Source of the DNA: Actinomycetota bacterium | GTDB taxonomy: Bacteria > Actinomycetota > Actinomycetes > Actinomycetales > Microbacteriaceae | NCBI GenBank assembly: GCA_947450345.1 | Contig: CANFVD010000001.1 | Span: 15,936 to 79,935 of the forward strand | DNA length: 64,000 nucleotides | Direction: 5' to 3' | Shown: positions 43,022 to 56,989 of the stretch, piece by piece | Numbering within the stretch: the first letter of the stretch is position 1 | Layout: each line of letters begins with the position of its first letter | The notes under the pieces: model-generated | Databases searched by the model: none | What the model saw: the letters and a program-made list of their open reading frames with translations, nothing else | Told to the model about the DNA's origin: nothing | Translations under genes and position numbers: made by a program

Positions 43022-43372
43022 CTACTTGATGAAGGGAATCGACATCGGGTACTTGTAGTCCTCGCCGTTGCGGGTCTTAACAAAAGCAAGGATGCAGAAG
43101 ATGAGAATGAGCACGCCGATGGCAACGTAGAGGATCGACAGGATCCCGAAGGTGACGACAGAAAGGATGCCCGCGGCAACCCACGCGACGATCATGGTCA
43201 ACTGAAAGTTGAGGGCGCTCTTCAGGTTGGTGTCAAGGAACTTGCTGCGGTCCTTGTAGATCAGCCAGAAGATGAGGGGCGAGATGAATCCAATGACGAT
43301 GCCCAGGATGTTACCGAGTGAGGTGAAGTTCTGTTCTTCGACCTTGGACAGTTTGGGTTGTGCGTTTGACAT
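43022..43372 (-). CDS. DUF4870 (Tic20-like) membrane protein
   Basis: PLIFWLIYKDRS..ALNFQ...GEDYKYPMSIPFIK. Confidence 0.85.
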   Translation of the reverse strand: MSNAQPKLSKVEEQNFTSLGNILGIVIGFISPLIFWLIYKDRSKFLDTNLKSALNFQLTMIVAWVAAGILSVVTFGILSILYVAIGVLILIFCILAFVKTRNGEDYKYPMSIPFIK

Positions 43373-43471
43373 TCCATACCTTTCGAGTTGTGTGGATGTT
43401 CAGGGCACTCAAATTAGTCCTGTTTCTGGGGCAGGGCAAGCAAAGATTTCCCCAATCTCAAACCGGTAATA

Positions 43472-43498
43472 TTGGCACTCAGACGTAGTGAGTGCCAA
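43472..43498. promoter_or_regulatory. CIRCE operator (HrcA site)
   Basis: Perfect inverted repeat TTGGCACTC-N9-GAGTGCCAA directly upstream of hrcA. Confidence 0.93.
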
Positions 43499-43533
43499 TC
43501 GCACTCGCGCAACAGGAAGGCAGGTGGGTTCGC

Positions 43534-44550
43534 ATGGTTTCTCAACGTGGCCTCGATGTGTTGCGTGTCATCGTGCAGGACTACGTCTCGTCGCGTGAAC
43601 CGGTGGGGTCAAAGTCGATTGCCGATCGTCACGCGTTTGGCGTCTCTGCCGCCACGATCCGCAATGATATGTCGCTCCTTGAAGACGAGCTTCTGATTAC
43701 CGCGCCGCACACCTCGAGTGGACGCATCCCCACCGATAAGGGATATCGCGTCTTCGTTGACAACCTGACTGACGTCAAAACACTGAGCGGAGCTCAGAGG
43801 CTGGCCATCGAGCGCGTTCTCAACGAATCGGATGACGTCGACGCGCTGCTCGCCCACACCGTTCGATTGCTGGCGCAATTGACCAACCAGGTGGCCGTGG
43901 TCGAGTATCCGTCGCTGAGCGGTGCCCGTGTGAAGCACGTGGAGTTGGTCAGCATGGGTAATTCTCGTCTGATGAGCGTGCTCATCACCGACAACGGTCG
44001 CGTGGAGCAACGCATGGTGGAGACCGAACGCGACCTCACCGAAGAGGAAATCACCCAACTTCGATCGCGCATTAATTCAGCAGTGGCCGGGCGACAGCTC
44101 AGCGAGATCGCCGACGCGCTGGCCGCAGCCCCCGAGGTGGCACCAGCGCTCACCGAGGCGTCGGCGCGTGTGGGGGCGGCACTCGCCGATCAGGTGGCCG
44201 CCAACCGCCAACAGCGCCTCGTCATGGCGGGCGCCGGAAATCTCGTGCGCACCGAACACGATTTTCAGGGCAGCATCTATCCACTGCTCGATGCCATTGA
44301 GGAACAGGTCACCGTGCTCAAACTGCTGACCGAAATGGGCCAGGAGGCCAGTGAGGTCTCGGTGAGCATTGGCGCGGAGCACGAGTCACAGGATTTCCGC
44401 GAGGCCAGCCTCGTAGCCAGCGGCTATACAAGCTTGGGTGAGGTCTCACGTGTGGGCGTCATTGGCCCCACGCGCATGGACTACTCCGGCAACATGGCGG
44501 CGGTGCGCGCGGTGGCGAACTACCTGTCGCGCATTCTCGACGCCCAATGA
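43534..44550 (+). CDS. hrcA: Heat-inducible transcription repressor HrcA
   Basis: [29 protein letters not shown] and GPTRMDY motifs. Confidence 0.97.
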   Translation: MVSQRGLDVLRVIVQDYVSSREPVGSKSIADRHAFGVSAATIRNDMSLLEDELLITAPHTSSGRIPTDKGYRVFVDNLTDVKTLSGAQRLAIERVLNESDDVDALLAHTVRLLAQLTNQVAVVEYPSLSGARVKHVELVSMGNSRLMSVLITDNGRVEQRMVETERDLTEEEITQLRSRINSAVAGRQLSEIADALAAAPEVAPALTEASARVGAALADQVAANRQQRLVMAGAGNLVRTEHDFQGSIYPLLDAIEEQVTVLKLLTEMGQEASEVSVSIGAEHESQDFREASLVASGYTSLGEVSRVGVIGPTRMDYSGNMAAVRAVANYLSRILDAQ

Positions 44551-44611
44551 CTCTGACACGTCACACCCCTTAGCTCGTCCCTCACCAACAACGACACAGA
44601 AAAGAATCTCG

Positions 44612-45712
44612 GTGGCTGATCACTACGAAGTACTGGGCGTATCGCGCGATGCCTCGAGCGACGACATCAAGAAGGCTTACCGTCGCCTTGCGCGCGAACT
44701 GCATCCCGACGTTAACCCCGACGAGGAAGCGCAGGAACGTTTCAAGCTGGTGACGCACGCCTATGAGGTGCTGAGCGACCCCGTCTCGCGCGACAACTAC
44801 GACCGCGGTGGCGACAGCGGCGGATTCGGCGGCGGTGGGGGATTCGCCGACTTTGGCGACATCTTCTCGACGTTCTTTGGTGGAGGTCAGTCGTCCCGTG
44901 GCCCCCGCTCGCGGAGTGAGCGCGGACAGGATGCCCTGCTACGCATCGAGGTCGATCTCGCCGATGTGATTGCCGGAGTGGAAAAGGAGATTGAGTTCGA
45001 CACGGCCGCGCTGTGTGAGACGTGTAACGGCACCTGCTGCCAGCCCGGCACGTCGCCCGTCACCTGTGACATCTGCGGTGGCGCGGGAATGATCAGTAGA
45101 ACCGTTCGTTCGCTGTTGGGCAACGTGATGACGCAGTCGCCCTGTGGCTCGTGTCGGGGGTTCGGAACGGTCATTGCCACGCCGTGTACGTCGTGCCAGG
45201 GCCACGGCCGCGTGCGCGCGCGTCGCACGGTCACCATCGATGTTCCGGCCGGAGTCGACAGTGGTGTGCGCCTGCACCTCGCGGGAAGCGGTGAGGCCGG
45301 GCAGGCTGGCGGCCCGCACGGTGACCTCTACATCGAGATTTCCGTTCGCCACAACGACACCTTCAGTCGACTCAAGGACGACCTGCTCTGCACCGTTGAC
45401 GTTGCCATGACCGACGCCATCCTCGGCACAACGTTCACGTTCGATGCGCTCGACGGACCCGTGGAGCTCGAGATTAAGCCGGGTGCGCAGAGCGCTGATG
45501 TGCTCGTCATCAAGGATCGCGGCATCGGACGTCTCCGCGGAAACGGCCGCGGCGATCTGCGCGTGGGGCTGCACGTGCTCACGCCCACCAAGCTGTCGGC
45601 GAAAGAGAAGGAAATGATTGCCTCTTTTGCCGCCTCGCGTAAACCACAACCACCCGTGCTGTCGACGTTCCAGCAGGGCCTCTTTGCCAAGCTTCGCGAC
45701 CGATTCCTCTAA
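44612..45712 (+). CDS. dnaJ: Chaperone DnaJ
   Basis: J domain with HPD, G/F region and four CxxCxGxG-type repeats. Confidence 0.96.
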   Translation: MADHYEVLGVSRDASSDDIKKAYRRLARELHPDVNPDEEAQERFKLVTHAYEVLSDPVSRDNYDRGGDSGGFGGGGGFADFGDIFSTFFGGGQSSRGPRSRSERGQDALLRIEVDLADVIAGVEKEIEFDTAALCETCNGTCCQPGTSPVTCDICGGAGMISRTVRSLLGNVMTQSPCGSCRGFGTVIATPCTSCQGHGRVRARRTVTIDVPAGVDSGVRLHLAGSGEAGQAGGPHGDLYIEISVRHNDTFSRLKDDLLCTVDVAMTDAILGTTFTFDALDGPVELEIKPGAQSADVLVIKDRGIGRLRGNGRGDLRVGLHVLTPTKLSAKEKEMIASFAASRKPQPPVLSTFQQGLFAKLRDRFL

Positions 45713-45729
45713 CCGGACCGAGTTCACCA

Positions 45730-46473
45730 ATGGCCCACTTTTTTATTGACGAAACAATCACCGCGCTGGCCGTGGGCGAACGTGTCGCTCTCGGCGGGTC
45801 GGAGGGACGCCATGCGGCCACCGTCTCGCGCCTGCGCGCGGGAGAACGCGTGACCCTGGGTAACGGCCGAGGGCTCACCGCCGCAGTCGTCGTGCAGGGT
45901 GTGGCGAAGGATTCCGTGGACTTCGAGATTGAAAACGTTCAGCAGGTGAGTGCCCCGGCGCACGCGTTCGTTCTGGCTCAAGCGCTGGCCAAGACCGATC
46001 GCGACGAGCGTGCCGTTGAGGCGGCCGTCGAGCTCGGCGTGGATGCCGTCGTGCCATTCGCTGCTGCCCGCAGTGTGAGTCGCTGGGACGCCGCCAAGGA
46101 GGTCAAGGGCCGCGCGCGGTGGCAGTCGATTGCTCGTGAGGCGGCCAAGCAGTCGCTTCGGGCGTGGGTTCCCGAGGTTCGCGCCTTGGCGCACACCGGC
46201 GACCTGATTGCCCGGGAGGCCACCCGACTCATCGTGCTCGATGCCGCCGGCGTCTCTCCGCACGACGTTGACTGGACGAACTCAACCAGCCCCGACGTTC
46301 GGGAGACGGTCTTCGTTGTTGGCCCCGAGGGCGGTTTTAGTGCAGAAGAGCGCGACGCCTTTGCCGCCGCCGGGGCGACTTTTGTACGTCTGGGCTCGAA
46401 CGTGTTACGGACTTCCACGGCGGGTCCGGTTGCCCTCGGCATCGCCTCGGCGCTGTCCGGCCGGTGGGCCTAG
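45730..46473 (+). CDS. rsmE: 16S rRNA m3U1498 methyltransferase
   Basis: EAAKQS, VGPEGGFS and LGSNVLRTSTA motifs. Confidence 0.95.
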   Translation: MAHFFIDETITALAVGERVALGGSEGRHAATVSRLRAGERVTLGNGRGLTAAVVVQGVAKDSVDFEIENVQQVSAPAHAFVLAQALAKTDRDERAVEAAVELGVDAVVPFAAARSVSRWDAAKEVKGRARWQSIAREAAKQSLRAWVPEVRALAHTGDLIAREATRLIVLDAAGVSPHDVDWTNSTSPDVRETVFVVGPEGGFSAEERDAFAAAGATFVRLGSNVLRTSTAGPVALGIASALSGRWA

Positions 46474-46488
46474 ACCTACGATAGAAGA

Positions 46489-46833
46489 ATGAGCGAGCCC
46501 ACTATCTTCAGCCGGATCATCTCTGGCGAAATCCCCGCCACGGTGGTGTGGCAGAACGAACGTCTCATCGCGTTTCACGACATCGCTCCGCGTGCTGCAC
46601 TGCACCTCCTCATCGTGCCGAAAACTGAGGAGTTCGAGAACGTGACCGACTTGGCTGCCGGCGACCCGGCACTCCTGGCCGAAATGGTCGCCACGGCCGC
46701 CACGTTGGCCGCTGAACACGCCAACGGTGACTACCGTTTGTTGTTTAACTCAGGTGCGAGCGCGGGGCAGACCGTGTTTCATGTCCACGCCCACGTGCTT
46801 GCGGGTGGCCTGTCGGAGGAGTCGCTTGCCTAG
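46489..46833 (+). CDS. HIT family nucleotide-binding protein
   Basis: TIFSRIISGEIP and GQTVFHVHAHVL motifs. Confidence 0.93.
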   Translation: MSEPTIFSRIISGEIPATVVWQNERLIAFHDIAPRAALHLLIVPKTEEFENVTDLAAGDPALLAEMVATAATLAAEHANGDYRLLFNSGASAGQTVFHVHAHVLAGGLSEESLA

Positions 46834-47815
46834 TTCGGTAACGCCGCAAACCGTCACGGTGACGGGAATTGAGATGGTGCGTCTGCTCGGCACCCAAGAC
46901 AGACTCATGACTCGACTTCAGCGCGAGTACCCGCGCGTTTCGGTGCACGTACGTGGCAACGAAATCACTCTCACGAGCGATGCCACTCCCGAGGGCGATT
47001 CCGAGGTGACCCGAGCCCAAGATCTGATTTCCGAGCTGGTGCAGATGGTTCGCGACGGAATCGATCTCACCGAGGGCGATGTGACGCGCGGGGCGAACCG
47101 CGCCCCGGCTGACAAGGGGGGAATTGGCGAGGTCATCCTGTCGTCTCGCGGCAAGACGATCCGCGCCAAGACGCCAGGCCAGCAGCGTTACGTACAGGCC
47201 ATTCGAGAGAACACCATTGTTTTCGGCATTGGTCCGGCGGGAACCGGCAAGACATACCTCGCAATGGCTATGGCCGTGGCGGCGCTGCAACGCAAGGAAG
47301 TGAACCGCATCATTTTGACGCGGCCTGCCGTCGAGGCGGGGGAGCGACTGGGCTTCCTTCCGGGCACGCTCACCGACAAAATCGATCCCTACCTCCGCCC
47401 CTTGTTTGATGCCCTCAATGAGATGCTCGATCCGGAACTCGTGGCCAAACTCATGAGCGTGGGAACCATTGAAGTGGCACCGCTGGCCTACATGCGCGGA
47501 CGAACGCTCAACGATTCGTTCATCATCTTGGATGAGGCGCAGAACACCAGCCCCGAACAAATGAAGATGTTCCTGACGCGACTCGGTTTTTCTTCGCAGA
47601 TGGTCATCACGGGCGACATCACCCAGATTGACCTGCCCACGCCGTCGAGCGGCCTGCGCACCGTGACTCAGGTGTTGGATGAGATTGACGACATTCATTT
47701 CGCCTACCTCGGTTCCGAGGACGTCGTTCGGCACTCTCTGGTGGGCCAGATTGTGGATGCCTACACGGTCTATGAGGAGCGCGTCATGACGCGACGGGAG
47801 CGCAACAAGCGATGA
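46826..47815 (+). CDS. phoH: PhoH family ATPase
   Basis: GPAGTGKT, RPAVEAGERLGFLPG, YMRGRT and DEAQN motifs; start estimated. Confidence 0.93.
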   Translation: MPSSVTPQTVTVTGIEMVRLLGTQDRLMTRLQREYPRVSVHVRGNEITLTSDATPEGDSEVTRAQDLISELVQMVRDGIDLTEGDVTRGANRAPADKGGIGEVILSSRGKTIRAKTPGQQRYVQAIRENTIVFGIGPAGTGKTYLAMAMAVAALQRKEVNRIILTRPAVEAGERLGFLPGTLTDKIDPYLRPLFDALNEMLDPELVAKLMSVGTIEVAPLAYMRGRTLNDSFIILDEAQNTSPEQMKMFLTRLGFSSQMVITGDITQIDLPTPSSGLRTVTQVLDEIDDIHFAYLGSEDVVRHSLVGQIVDAYTVYEERVMTRRERNKR

Positions 47816-48279
47816 GCATTGAGATCAACAACGAGACCTCGTTCACTGTGGACGAAACCGTGCTGCACCGCATGGCCGCGTACGCGCTGGACGCCATGCG
47901 CGTTCACCCCGACGCTGAGCTCAACATCCTGCTTTACGGGGTGGGGCCCATGGAGGAGCTGCACCTCCGGTGGTTGGATGAGCCCGGTCCCACCGACGTG
48001 CTGAGTTTTCCCATGGACCAGCTGCGCCCCGGAACGGATGATTTCGTGACACCCGCCGGACTGTTGGGCGATGTGGTCTTGTGCCCCGAGGTCGCCGAAG
48101 CTCAGGCGCAGACCGCCGGACACTCCCTGCAAGACGAGTTGAACATGCTCCTCACGCACGGCATGTTGCATCTGCTGGGTTTCGATCACGCCGAACCCGC
48201 CGAGGAAAAGGAAATGTTCGGCATTCAGCGCGACATCCTGGTCGGTTTTGCCCTAGCGGAACGGTCTCGAGAGTCGTAG
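47812..48279 (+). CDS. ybeY: rRNA maturation RNase YbeY
   Basis: PTDVLSFP and HGMLHLLGFDH motifs. Confidence 0.96.
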   Translation: MSIEINNETSFTVDETVLHRMAAYALDAMRVHPDAELNILLYGVGPMEELHLRWLDEPGPTDVLSFPMDQLRPGTDDFVTPAGLLGDVVLCPEVAEAQAQTAGHSLQDELNMLLTHGMLHLLGFDHAEPAEEKEMFGIQRDILVGFALAERSRES

Positions 48280-48280
48280 C

Positions 48281-49573
48281 GTGAACATCTTCCTCACCGT
48301 TGCGGCAAGCGTGCTCGTGATGGCTTTTGCCGGCTTGATGGCGGCTGCCGAGTCGGGCATGGGCGTGATGTCCGTCGACGACCTGCGTGATGCCGCCACA
48401 CGGCACCGCTCGCGCCGCTCCCTCGAAGCGATGGCGCGTCAACCGCGTGCTCATCGCACCGTCGCCACCTTTGCGCGCATCGTTGCCGAGACGGTGGTTG
48501 CCGTGTTGATTACCGCGGCTCTGCTGACGAGCGGCCTGCCACTCTGGGCGGGGCTCCTCATTGCGGTCGTGGTCATGGCCTCGGCGTCATTCGTTCTCGC
48601 CGGGTCGAGCCCACGAAGCGTCGGGCGAGCACACCCGGAGGGAATCGTGGCGTTTGCGGCCCCGATCGTGCACATCCTGCGCATTGTGCTCGGACCGCTC
48701 GCCGACCTTCTCGTGGCGCTCGGCGACCGGGTCACGCCCGGACGGCCGGGAACGAGTGCGTTCGCCAGTGAGGAGCAATTGCTCAGCATGGTCGACGAGG
48801 CCACCCGGCACGACGTCTTGGAAAAGGATGAGCGCGAGCTCATTCACTCCATCTTTGAGTGGGGCGACACCTACGTGCGTGAGGTGATGGTGCCCCGCAT
48901 CGACATGGTCACTGTTGAGGCAGATACGCCACTCGCTGAGGCCGGTGCTCTTTTTCTCCGCAGCGGACTGTCGCGCATCCCCGTCATTGGTGATGACACC
49001 GACGACATCGTGGGGGTGCTCTACCTGCGTGACGTGGCTCGCATCGCCCTCGACAAGAAGTCCGCCCCGCGGGGGGCTTCGGTTCGGTCACTCGCCCACG
49101 AACCGGTGTTTCTGCCCGAACTCAAGAAGGCCGACGACGCGCTGCGCGACATGCAGGCCAGCTCGACGCACCTAGCCTTTGTCGTTGATGAGCACGGTGG
49201 CATCGCCGGATTGGTGACCTTGGAAGACCTGCTCGAAGAATTGGTCGGCGAGATTCGCGATGAGTTTGATCGGGGAGCACCCGAAGCTGTAGAACTTCCC
49301 GACGGACGCTATCGCGTGTCGGCGCGCCTGCACATCGAGGATTTGGGTGAGCTCTTTGGGCTCGACCTCACGGACGACGAGGTCGACTCGGTCGGTGGCT
49401 TGCTCGCCAAAGAACTCGAACGCGTGCCCGAAGTGGGCGACCACGTCGTGGTCAGCGGACTCCACCTCGAAGCCGATCGCGTCGAAGCGCGACGCGGCCG
49501 TGTCATCAATGTTCTCGTCTGGCCCGATCAAGATTTGCTCGATGCCCGACGTGCGTTTGGAAGCGAAGAATGA
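48281..49573 (+). CDS. Hemolysin/CNNM family protein (DUF21-CBS-CorC)
   Basis: N-terminal TMs, VREVMVPR, SRIPV and VDEHGGIAGLVTLEDLLEELVGEI motifs. Confidence 0.92.
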   Translation: MNIFLTVAASVLVMAFAGLMAAAESGMGVMSVDDLRDAATRHRSRRSLEAMARQPRAHRTVATFARIVAETVVAVLITAALLTSGLPLWAGLLIAVVVMASASFVLAGSSPRSVGRAHPEGIVAFAAPIVHILRIVLGPLADLLVALGDRVTPGRPGTSAFASEEQLLSMVDEATRHDVLEKDERELIHSIFEWGDTYVREVMVPRIDMVTVEADTPLAEAGALFLRSGLSRIPVIGDDTDDIVGVLYLRDVARIALDKKSAPRGASVRSLAHEPVFLPELKKADDALRDMQASSTHLAFVVDEHGGIAGLVTLEDLLEELVGEIRDEFDRGAPEAVELPDGRYRVSARLHIEDLGELFGLDLTDDEVDSVGGLLAKELERVPEVGDHVVVSGLHLEADRVEARRGRVINVLVWPDQDLLDARRAFGSEE

Positions 49574-50496
49574 GACCGTCCAAGAGTGCCAAGCGCGATG
49601 CGGAGCGCCCCATTTTCAGAAGTGGCTTCGTCTCCTTTATCGGTCGACCGAACGTGGGCAAGTCCACTCTGATGAACGCGCTCGTGGGGGAGAAGGTGGC
49701 CATCACATCGGCTAGGCCTCAAACCACGCGCCACACCATTCGCGGCATGGTGAATCACAACAATGGCCAGCTCATCATTGTCGACACCCCGGGCATACAC
49801 CGCCCGCGCACGCTCTTGGGGGAACGACTCAATGCGCTGGCCAAATCGACCCTCGGCGATGTTGACGTCATCGGCATGTGTTTCCCCGCCGACGAACCGG
49901 TGGGCAAGGGTGATCGCTTTATCTCGGAGCAACTCGAGATGTATCCGCGAGCAATCAAGGTGGCCATCGTGACGAAGACGGATGTCGCATCGCGCGAGAA
50001 GACCGCGGCGCGTCTGCTCGAGGTGTCCGAACTTCGGGACTGGACGGCCATCATTCCCGTCTCGGCACTGACCGATGGGAACATCGGCGAGTTTGCGTCA
50101 ACGCTGATTGCCCTCCTGCCGGAGGGACTCGCCCTCTACGACGTCGAGACCACCACCGACGATGACACCGAGAAGCGCATTTCCGAGCTCATTCGTGAAT
50201 CACTCCTGGAGACCGTGCAGGACGAACTTCCGCACTCGCTCGCGGTCACCGTCGACGAGATGGTGGAGCGCGAAGACAAGGATTTGCTCGAGATTTACGC
50301 GAACATTTTCGTGGAGCGCGATAGCCAGAAAGCCATCATTATTGGGCACGGAGGATCGCGACTGAAAGACACGGGTGCCATTTCACGCAGAGCCATAGAG
50401 GCACTCCTCGGTCGCCATGTTTTCTTGAGCATCCGGGTCAAAGTCGCCAAAGATTGGCAGCGTGACCCCAAGAAACTCGAACGCCTCGGGTTCTAG
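49570..50496 (+). CDS. era: GTPase Era
   Basis: GRPNVGKST, QTTR, DTPG and KH-domain SQKAIIIG motifs. Confidence 0.97.
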   Translation: MRPSKSAKRDAERPIFRSGFVSFIGRPNVGKSTLMNALVGEKVAITSARPQTTRHTIRGMVNHNNGQLIIVDTPGIHRPRTLLGERLNALAKSTLGDVDVIGMCFPADEPVGKGDRFISEQLEMYPRAIKVAIVTKTDVASREKTAARLLEVSELRDWTAIIPVSALTDGNIGEFASTLIALLPEGLALYDVETTTDDDTEKRISELIRESLLETVQDELPHSLAVTVDEMVEREDKDLLEIYANIFVERDSQKAIIIGHGGSRLKDTGAISRRAIEALLGRHVFLSIRVKVAKDWQRDPKKLERLGF

Positions 50497-50580
50497 GGGT
50501 TCCGGTCTCTCGACCTGAGATTTCCGCCGGCGAGCATGACGCACTGTGCCACGGCACGAAAGCGGTGTTAGCCTAGGAAC

Positions 50581-52905
<2,325 letters not shown>

Positions 52906-52999
52906 GTCTTCAGGCTAGCCCTGCCTCGGGGGGCATAAAAGAGCGCCTCATCCACGATTTGTCCCAGATTTCAGGACCCGGACAACCGATAATGAAGAC

Positions 53000-53719
53000 A
53001 TGCCTCTTTACCGCGATGAGGGTGTGATCCTTCGCACTCATAAGTTGGGCGAGGCAGATCGCATTCTCACGGTCCTGACGCGCAATCACGGCAAGGTGCG
53101 CGCTGTCGCGAAAGGTGTTCGCCGGACGGCGTCAAAGTTCGGCGCCCGACTCGAGCCGTTCATGGTTGCTGACCTTCAGTTTTACGAGGGCCGGTCGCTC
53201 GATACCGTCAGCCAGGCAGAGACGATTGCGTCTTACGGCGTCACGATTGCCGCCGATCTCGACCTGTATCGCGTTGCCTCGGTGATGGTCGAAACCGCTG
53301 ATCGCATCACCGACTCAGAGCCGGCACCCCAACAGTTTCTTCTCCTGCACGGCGCGCTGCGTTCCCTGGCCCGCAGTGAGCATCCTCACCTCCTCACGAT
53401 GGATTCGTATCTCCTGCGTGCATTGTCGCTCGCCGGTTGGGCGCCTTCCTTTGACGCCTGCGCGCGGTGTGGCGAATCCGGTCCGCATCACGCGTTCGTG
53501 CTGCCCATGGGTGGCCTCGTCTGCGATGCGTGCGCACCCACCGGTGCGGCGCGACTCGACGACGGCGTAGTGAATCTGCTCGCGGCGCTTCTGGCCGGGG
53601 AGTGGGAGATTGTCGAGACGGCAACCCCCGACGCACGGGCCTCGGCCTCGGGTGTCGTTGCCGCGTACACCCAATTCCATCTGGAGCGCGGGCTGCGTTC
53701 CCTCGAGCACGTTATCTAG
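53000..53719 (+). CDS. recO: DNA repair protein RecO
   Basis: [30 protein letters not shown] and a CxxC..CxxC Zn finger. Confidence 0.96.
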   Translation: MPLYRDEGVILRTHKLGEADRILTVLTRNHGKVRAVAKGVRRTASKFGARLEPFMVADLQFYEGRSLDTVSQAETIASYGVTIAADLDLYRVASVMVETADRITDSEPAPQQFLLLHGALRSLARSEHPHLLTMDSYLLRALSLAGWAPSFDACARCGESGPHHAFVLPMGGLVCDACAPTGAARLDDGVVNLLAALLAGEWEIVETATPDARASASGVVAAYTQFHLERGLRSLEHVI

Positions 53720-53728
53720 GCTGTCACT

Positions 53729-54529
53729 GTGGCCAAGCCCTATACCCACCCGGATGCGGTCGAATATCGTCCGCTCGATTGGACCGGAGAGTATCCGCCC
53801 GCATTTCCTGCCGGTTCTGTTCCCCGTCACGTGGCCATTGTCATGGACGGAAACGGACGATGGGCGAACGGCCGTGGACTCACCCGCGTTGAGGGTCATC
53901 GCGCGGGCGAAGCGGCCCTTCTCGACGTGGTCGCGGGAGCAATTCAGGCGGGCGTCACGCACCTGAGCGTCTACGCCTTTTCCACCGAGAACTGGAAGCG
54001 TTCGCCCGACGAGGTCCGGTTCTTGATGGGGTTCAACCGTGACGTGTTGCATCGCCGTCGCGACCAGCTCAACGAGTGGGGTGTGCGCGTGCGCTGGGCG
54101 GGTCGACGCCCGCGGCTCTGGCCGTCGGTGATTGAGGAGCTGCTCTTCGCCGAGAAACTAACGCGCAAGAACTCGACGCTCACCCTGACGATGTGCGTCA
54201 ACTATGGCGGACGCACCGAGATTGCCGATGCCGCCAAGGCCCTGGCCGAGGCGGTTGCCTCGGGCACGGTGAATCCGTCACGGGTGAGCGAAAAGACGCT
54301 CGCCAAGTTTCTGTACCAACCCGACATGCCCGATGTTGATCTGTTCGTGAGATCGAGCGGGGAACAGCGCACGTCCAACTTTCTGCTCTGGCAATCCGCC
54401 TACGCCGAAATGGTTTTTCTCGACACGCTGTGGCCCGACTTCCGTCGCACCGACCTCTGGCGCGCCATCGCTTCGTACGTCGATCGCGATCGTCGATTCG
54501 GCGGAGCGATCGACGCACCCTCGGCGTAG
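53729..54529 (+). CDS. uppS: cis-Isoprenyl (polyprenyl diphosphate) transferase
   Basis: [22 protein letters not shown] and [15 protein letters not shown] motifs. Confidence 0.95.
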   Translation: MAKPYTHPDAVEYRPLDWTGEYPPAFPAGSVPRHVAIVMDGNGRWANGRGLTRVEGHRAGEAALLDVVAGAIQAGVTHLSVYAFSTENWKRSPDEVRFLMGFNRDVLHRRRDQLNEWGVRVRWAGRRPRLWPSVIEELLFAEKLTRKNSTLTLTMCVNYGGRTEIADAAKALAEAVASGTVNPSRVSEKTLAKFLYQPDMPDVDLFVRSSGEQRTSNFLLWQSAYAEMVFLDTLWPDFRRTDLWRAIASYVDRDRRFGGAIDAPSA

Positions 54530-54552
54530 GCGGTTTCTGGGAGACTAGAAGC

Positions 54553-55725
54553 ATGACCGCATCAACCACTCCGGCGAAGCCGTTGAGCATTGGTGCCCTC
54601 ACGCTCGACGTGCCCGTGGTGCTCGCACCCATGGCGGGTATCACCAACACGGCGTATCGCCGCCTGTGTCGCGAATACGGCGGCGGGCTGTACGTCTCAG
54701 AGATGATTACTTCGCGTGCTCTGGTGGAACGCACGCCCGGTTCGATGCGCCTGATCGGCCACCACGAGTCCGAAAGCACGCGGTCGATCCAGCTGTACGG
54801 CGTCGATCCCACCACGGTGGCGCGCGCCGTGAGCATGCTCGTTGATGAAGACCGGGCCGACCACATCGACCTGAACTTTGGATGCCCCGTGCCCAAGGTG
54901 ACGCGCAAGGGCGGGGGAGCGGCGCTGCCCTGGAAGACGGACCTGTTCCGCGACATCGTTGAGGGTGCGGTGGCGTCGGCCGGCGCCATTCCCGTCACGG
55001 TTAAAATGCGCAAGGGCATTGATGCCGACCACCTCACCTTCCTTGAGGCCGCGCGCATTGCCGCCGGCGCCGGGGTGTCATCCATTGCTCTGCACGGTCG
55101 CACGGCGAGCGAGTTCTACAGCGGCAAGGCCGACTGGGATTCGATTGCCGAGCTCAAGGCCACTATTTCCGACGTGCCCGTCTTGGGCAACGGCGATATT
55201 TGGTCGGGTGACGACGCCGTCCGCATGATGGACCAAACCGGCTGCGACGGCGTCGTGGTGGGCCGCGGATGCCTCGGCCGCCCCTGGCTCTTTGCTGATC
55301 TCGAGGTGGCCATGCGCCGGCGCGCCGGTGAACAGATCGAGGCGACGACGGTCATGCCCACGCTGGGTTACGTGGGCCACGCGCTGCGGCGTCACACCGA
55401 ACTCCTCACCGAATTCTTGGAGAGCGAAGAACACGCCTGCCGAGACATTCGCAAGCATGTCGCCTGGTACTTCAAGGGTTATCCGGTGGGCGGTGAGTGG
55501 CGCGCGCGCATGGCGCTGGTCACGAGCATCCAAGAAATGGATGACCTCCTCGGCGAGCTCGATGCCGACAGCCCGTACCCGGGTCTCGAGGCCGAAGGCC
55601 CCCGTGGTCGTGCGGGCACGCCCAAACGACCGCTGCTGCCCGACCGCTGGCTCGAGTCACGAACACTGGCACGCGGTGAGCGGGAGACGGTGGCTGCTGC
55701 CGAAGTGGATGCCAGCGGTGGATAG
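54553..55725 (+). CDS. dusB: tRNA dihydrouridine synthase DusB
   Basis: LAPMAGIT, DLNFGCPVPKV, LHGRT and GNGDI motifs. Confidence 0.95.
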   Translation: MTASTTPAKPLSIGALTLDVPVVLAPMAGITNTAYRRLCREYGGGLYVSEMITSRALVERTPGSMRLIGHHESESTRSIQLYGVDPTTVARAVSMLVDEDRADHIDLNFGCPVPKVTRKGGGAALPWKTDLFRDIVEGAVASAGAIPVTVKMRKGIDADHLTFLEAARIAAGAGVSSIALHGRTASEFYSGKADWDSIAELKATISDVPVLGNGDIWSGDDAVRMMDQTGCDGVVVGRGCLGRPWLFADLEVAMRRRAGEQIEATTVMPTLGYVGHALRRHTELLTEFLESEEHACRDIRKHVAWYFKGYPVGGEWRARMALVTSIQEMDDLLGELDADSPYPGLEAEGPRGRAGTPKRPLLPDRWLESRTLARGERETVAAAEVDASGG

Positions 55726-56989
55726 GCGCCTCGAGCAAGCACCCCTCACGGAGGGCTACACCGAGCACGACGTCGAGCGCATGTGCCCGGAGGAGCACCC
55801 GTCGCGCCGCGGTGACTTTGCGCGCGATCGTGCCCGACTGCTCCACGCCAGCGCACTGCGTCGGTTGGCTGCGAAGACGCAGGTGCTCAGCCCCACTGCA
55901 GGCCTGGATTTCGCACGCAATCGCCTCACGCACTCCCTCGAAGTGGCACAGGTTGGCCGCGAGCTCGCGGGTCGCCTGGGCCTTGATCCTGATGTTGTCG
56001 ACACAGCGTGCCTCGCGCACGACATTGGGCACCCACCCTTTGGGCACAACGGAGAACGCGCGCTGGCTGAGTGGGCCGTTGATATCGGCGGCTTCGAGGG
56101 CAACGCGCAGACTCTTCGCGTGCTCACGCGACTCGAAGCAAAGGTCTTTGACTCCCACGGCGTCTCTCGCGGACTCAACCTGACACGCGCGAGCCTCGAC
56201 GCCAGCACCAAGTACCCGTGGCCTTTTGCACAGGCGGTGGCCGATCCGAGCGGTCGCGCAAAGTTTGGTTTCTATGCCGATGACGTCGATGTCTTTGACT
56301 GGATGCGCAACGGCGCGCCCGTGGGCGTGCGCTGCATCGAAGCCCAGGTGATGGACCTCTCCGACGATATTGCCTACTCAGTACATGATTTTGAGGACGC
56401 CATCGTCAACGGATACATCGACGTGCGCGAGCTCAGCGCCCGAACCAACCACGACGCCCTGGTGGATGCCATGTTCGAGTGGGTGGGCGGTGAGTTCAGT
56501 AACGACGAACTTCTTGCAGCGTTCGATCGCATTGACAACCTCGATGCCTGGATTGAGAGCTGGGACGGCTCGCGCCGTGACCTCGCCCAGCTCAAGAACC
56601 TCACCAGCCAACTCATCGGCCGTTTCGCACACTCCGCCATTCACGCCACTCGAGAGACTCATCCTCAGGCATCCCTGGTGCGATTTGGGGCCGATGTCGT
56701 TGTTCCCGCCGAGCAACGCGCCGAGATTGCCGTGCTCAAGGGAATTGTCGCGGCGTTTGTCATGGTCAAAAACTCGCGACAGCCCATCTACACGCAACAG
56801 CGCGAAGTGCTGTCGGCGTTGGCCGATCGCATTTACGCCGATGGCCCTACCCACTTCGAGCCCGCGTTTGTGGCGGACTGGAATGAGTCCGCTGACGACA
56901 CGGCCCGGCGTCGCGTGGTGGTGGATCAGGTAGCCAGCCTCACCGACCAGTCGGCGCTGGCCTGGTTTGAGCGATTGGTCGTCTCCTGA
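55718..56989 (+). CDS. dgt: Deoxyguanosinetriphosphate triphosphohydrolase
   Basis: KTQV, RNRLTHSLEV, HDIGHPPFGHNGE and DDIAYSVHD motifs. Confidence 0.94.
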   Translation: MDRRLEQAPLTEGYTEHDVERMCPEEHPSRRGDFARDRARLLHASALRRLAAKTQVLSPTAGLDFARNRLTHSLEVAQVGRELAGRLGLDPDVVDTACLAHDIGHPPFGHNGERALAEWAVDIGGFEGNAQTLRVLTRLEAKVFDSHGVSRGLNLTRASLDASTKYPWPFAQAVADPSGRAKFGFYADDVDVFDWMRNGAPVGVRCIEAQVMDLSDDIAYSVHDFEDAIVNGYIDVRELSARTNHDALVDAMFEWVGGEFSNDELLAAFDRIDNLDAWIESWDGSRRDLAQLKNLTSQLIGRFAHSAIHATRETHPQASLVRFGADVVVPAEQRAEIAVLKGIVAAFVMVKNSRQPIYTQQREVLSALADRIYADGPTHFEPAFVADWNESADDTARRRVVVDQVASLTDQSALAWFERLVVS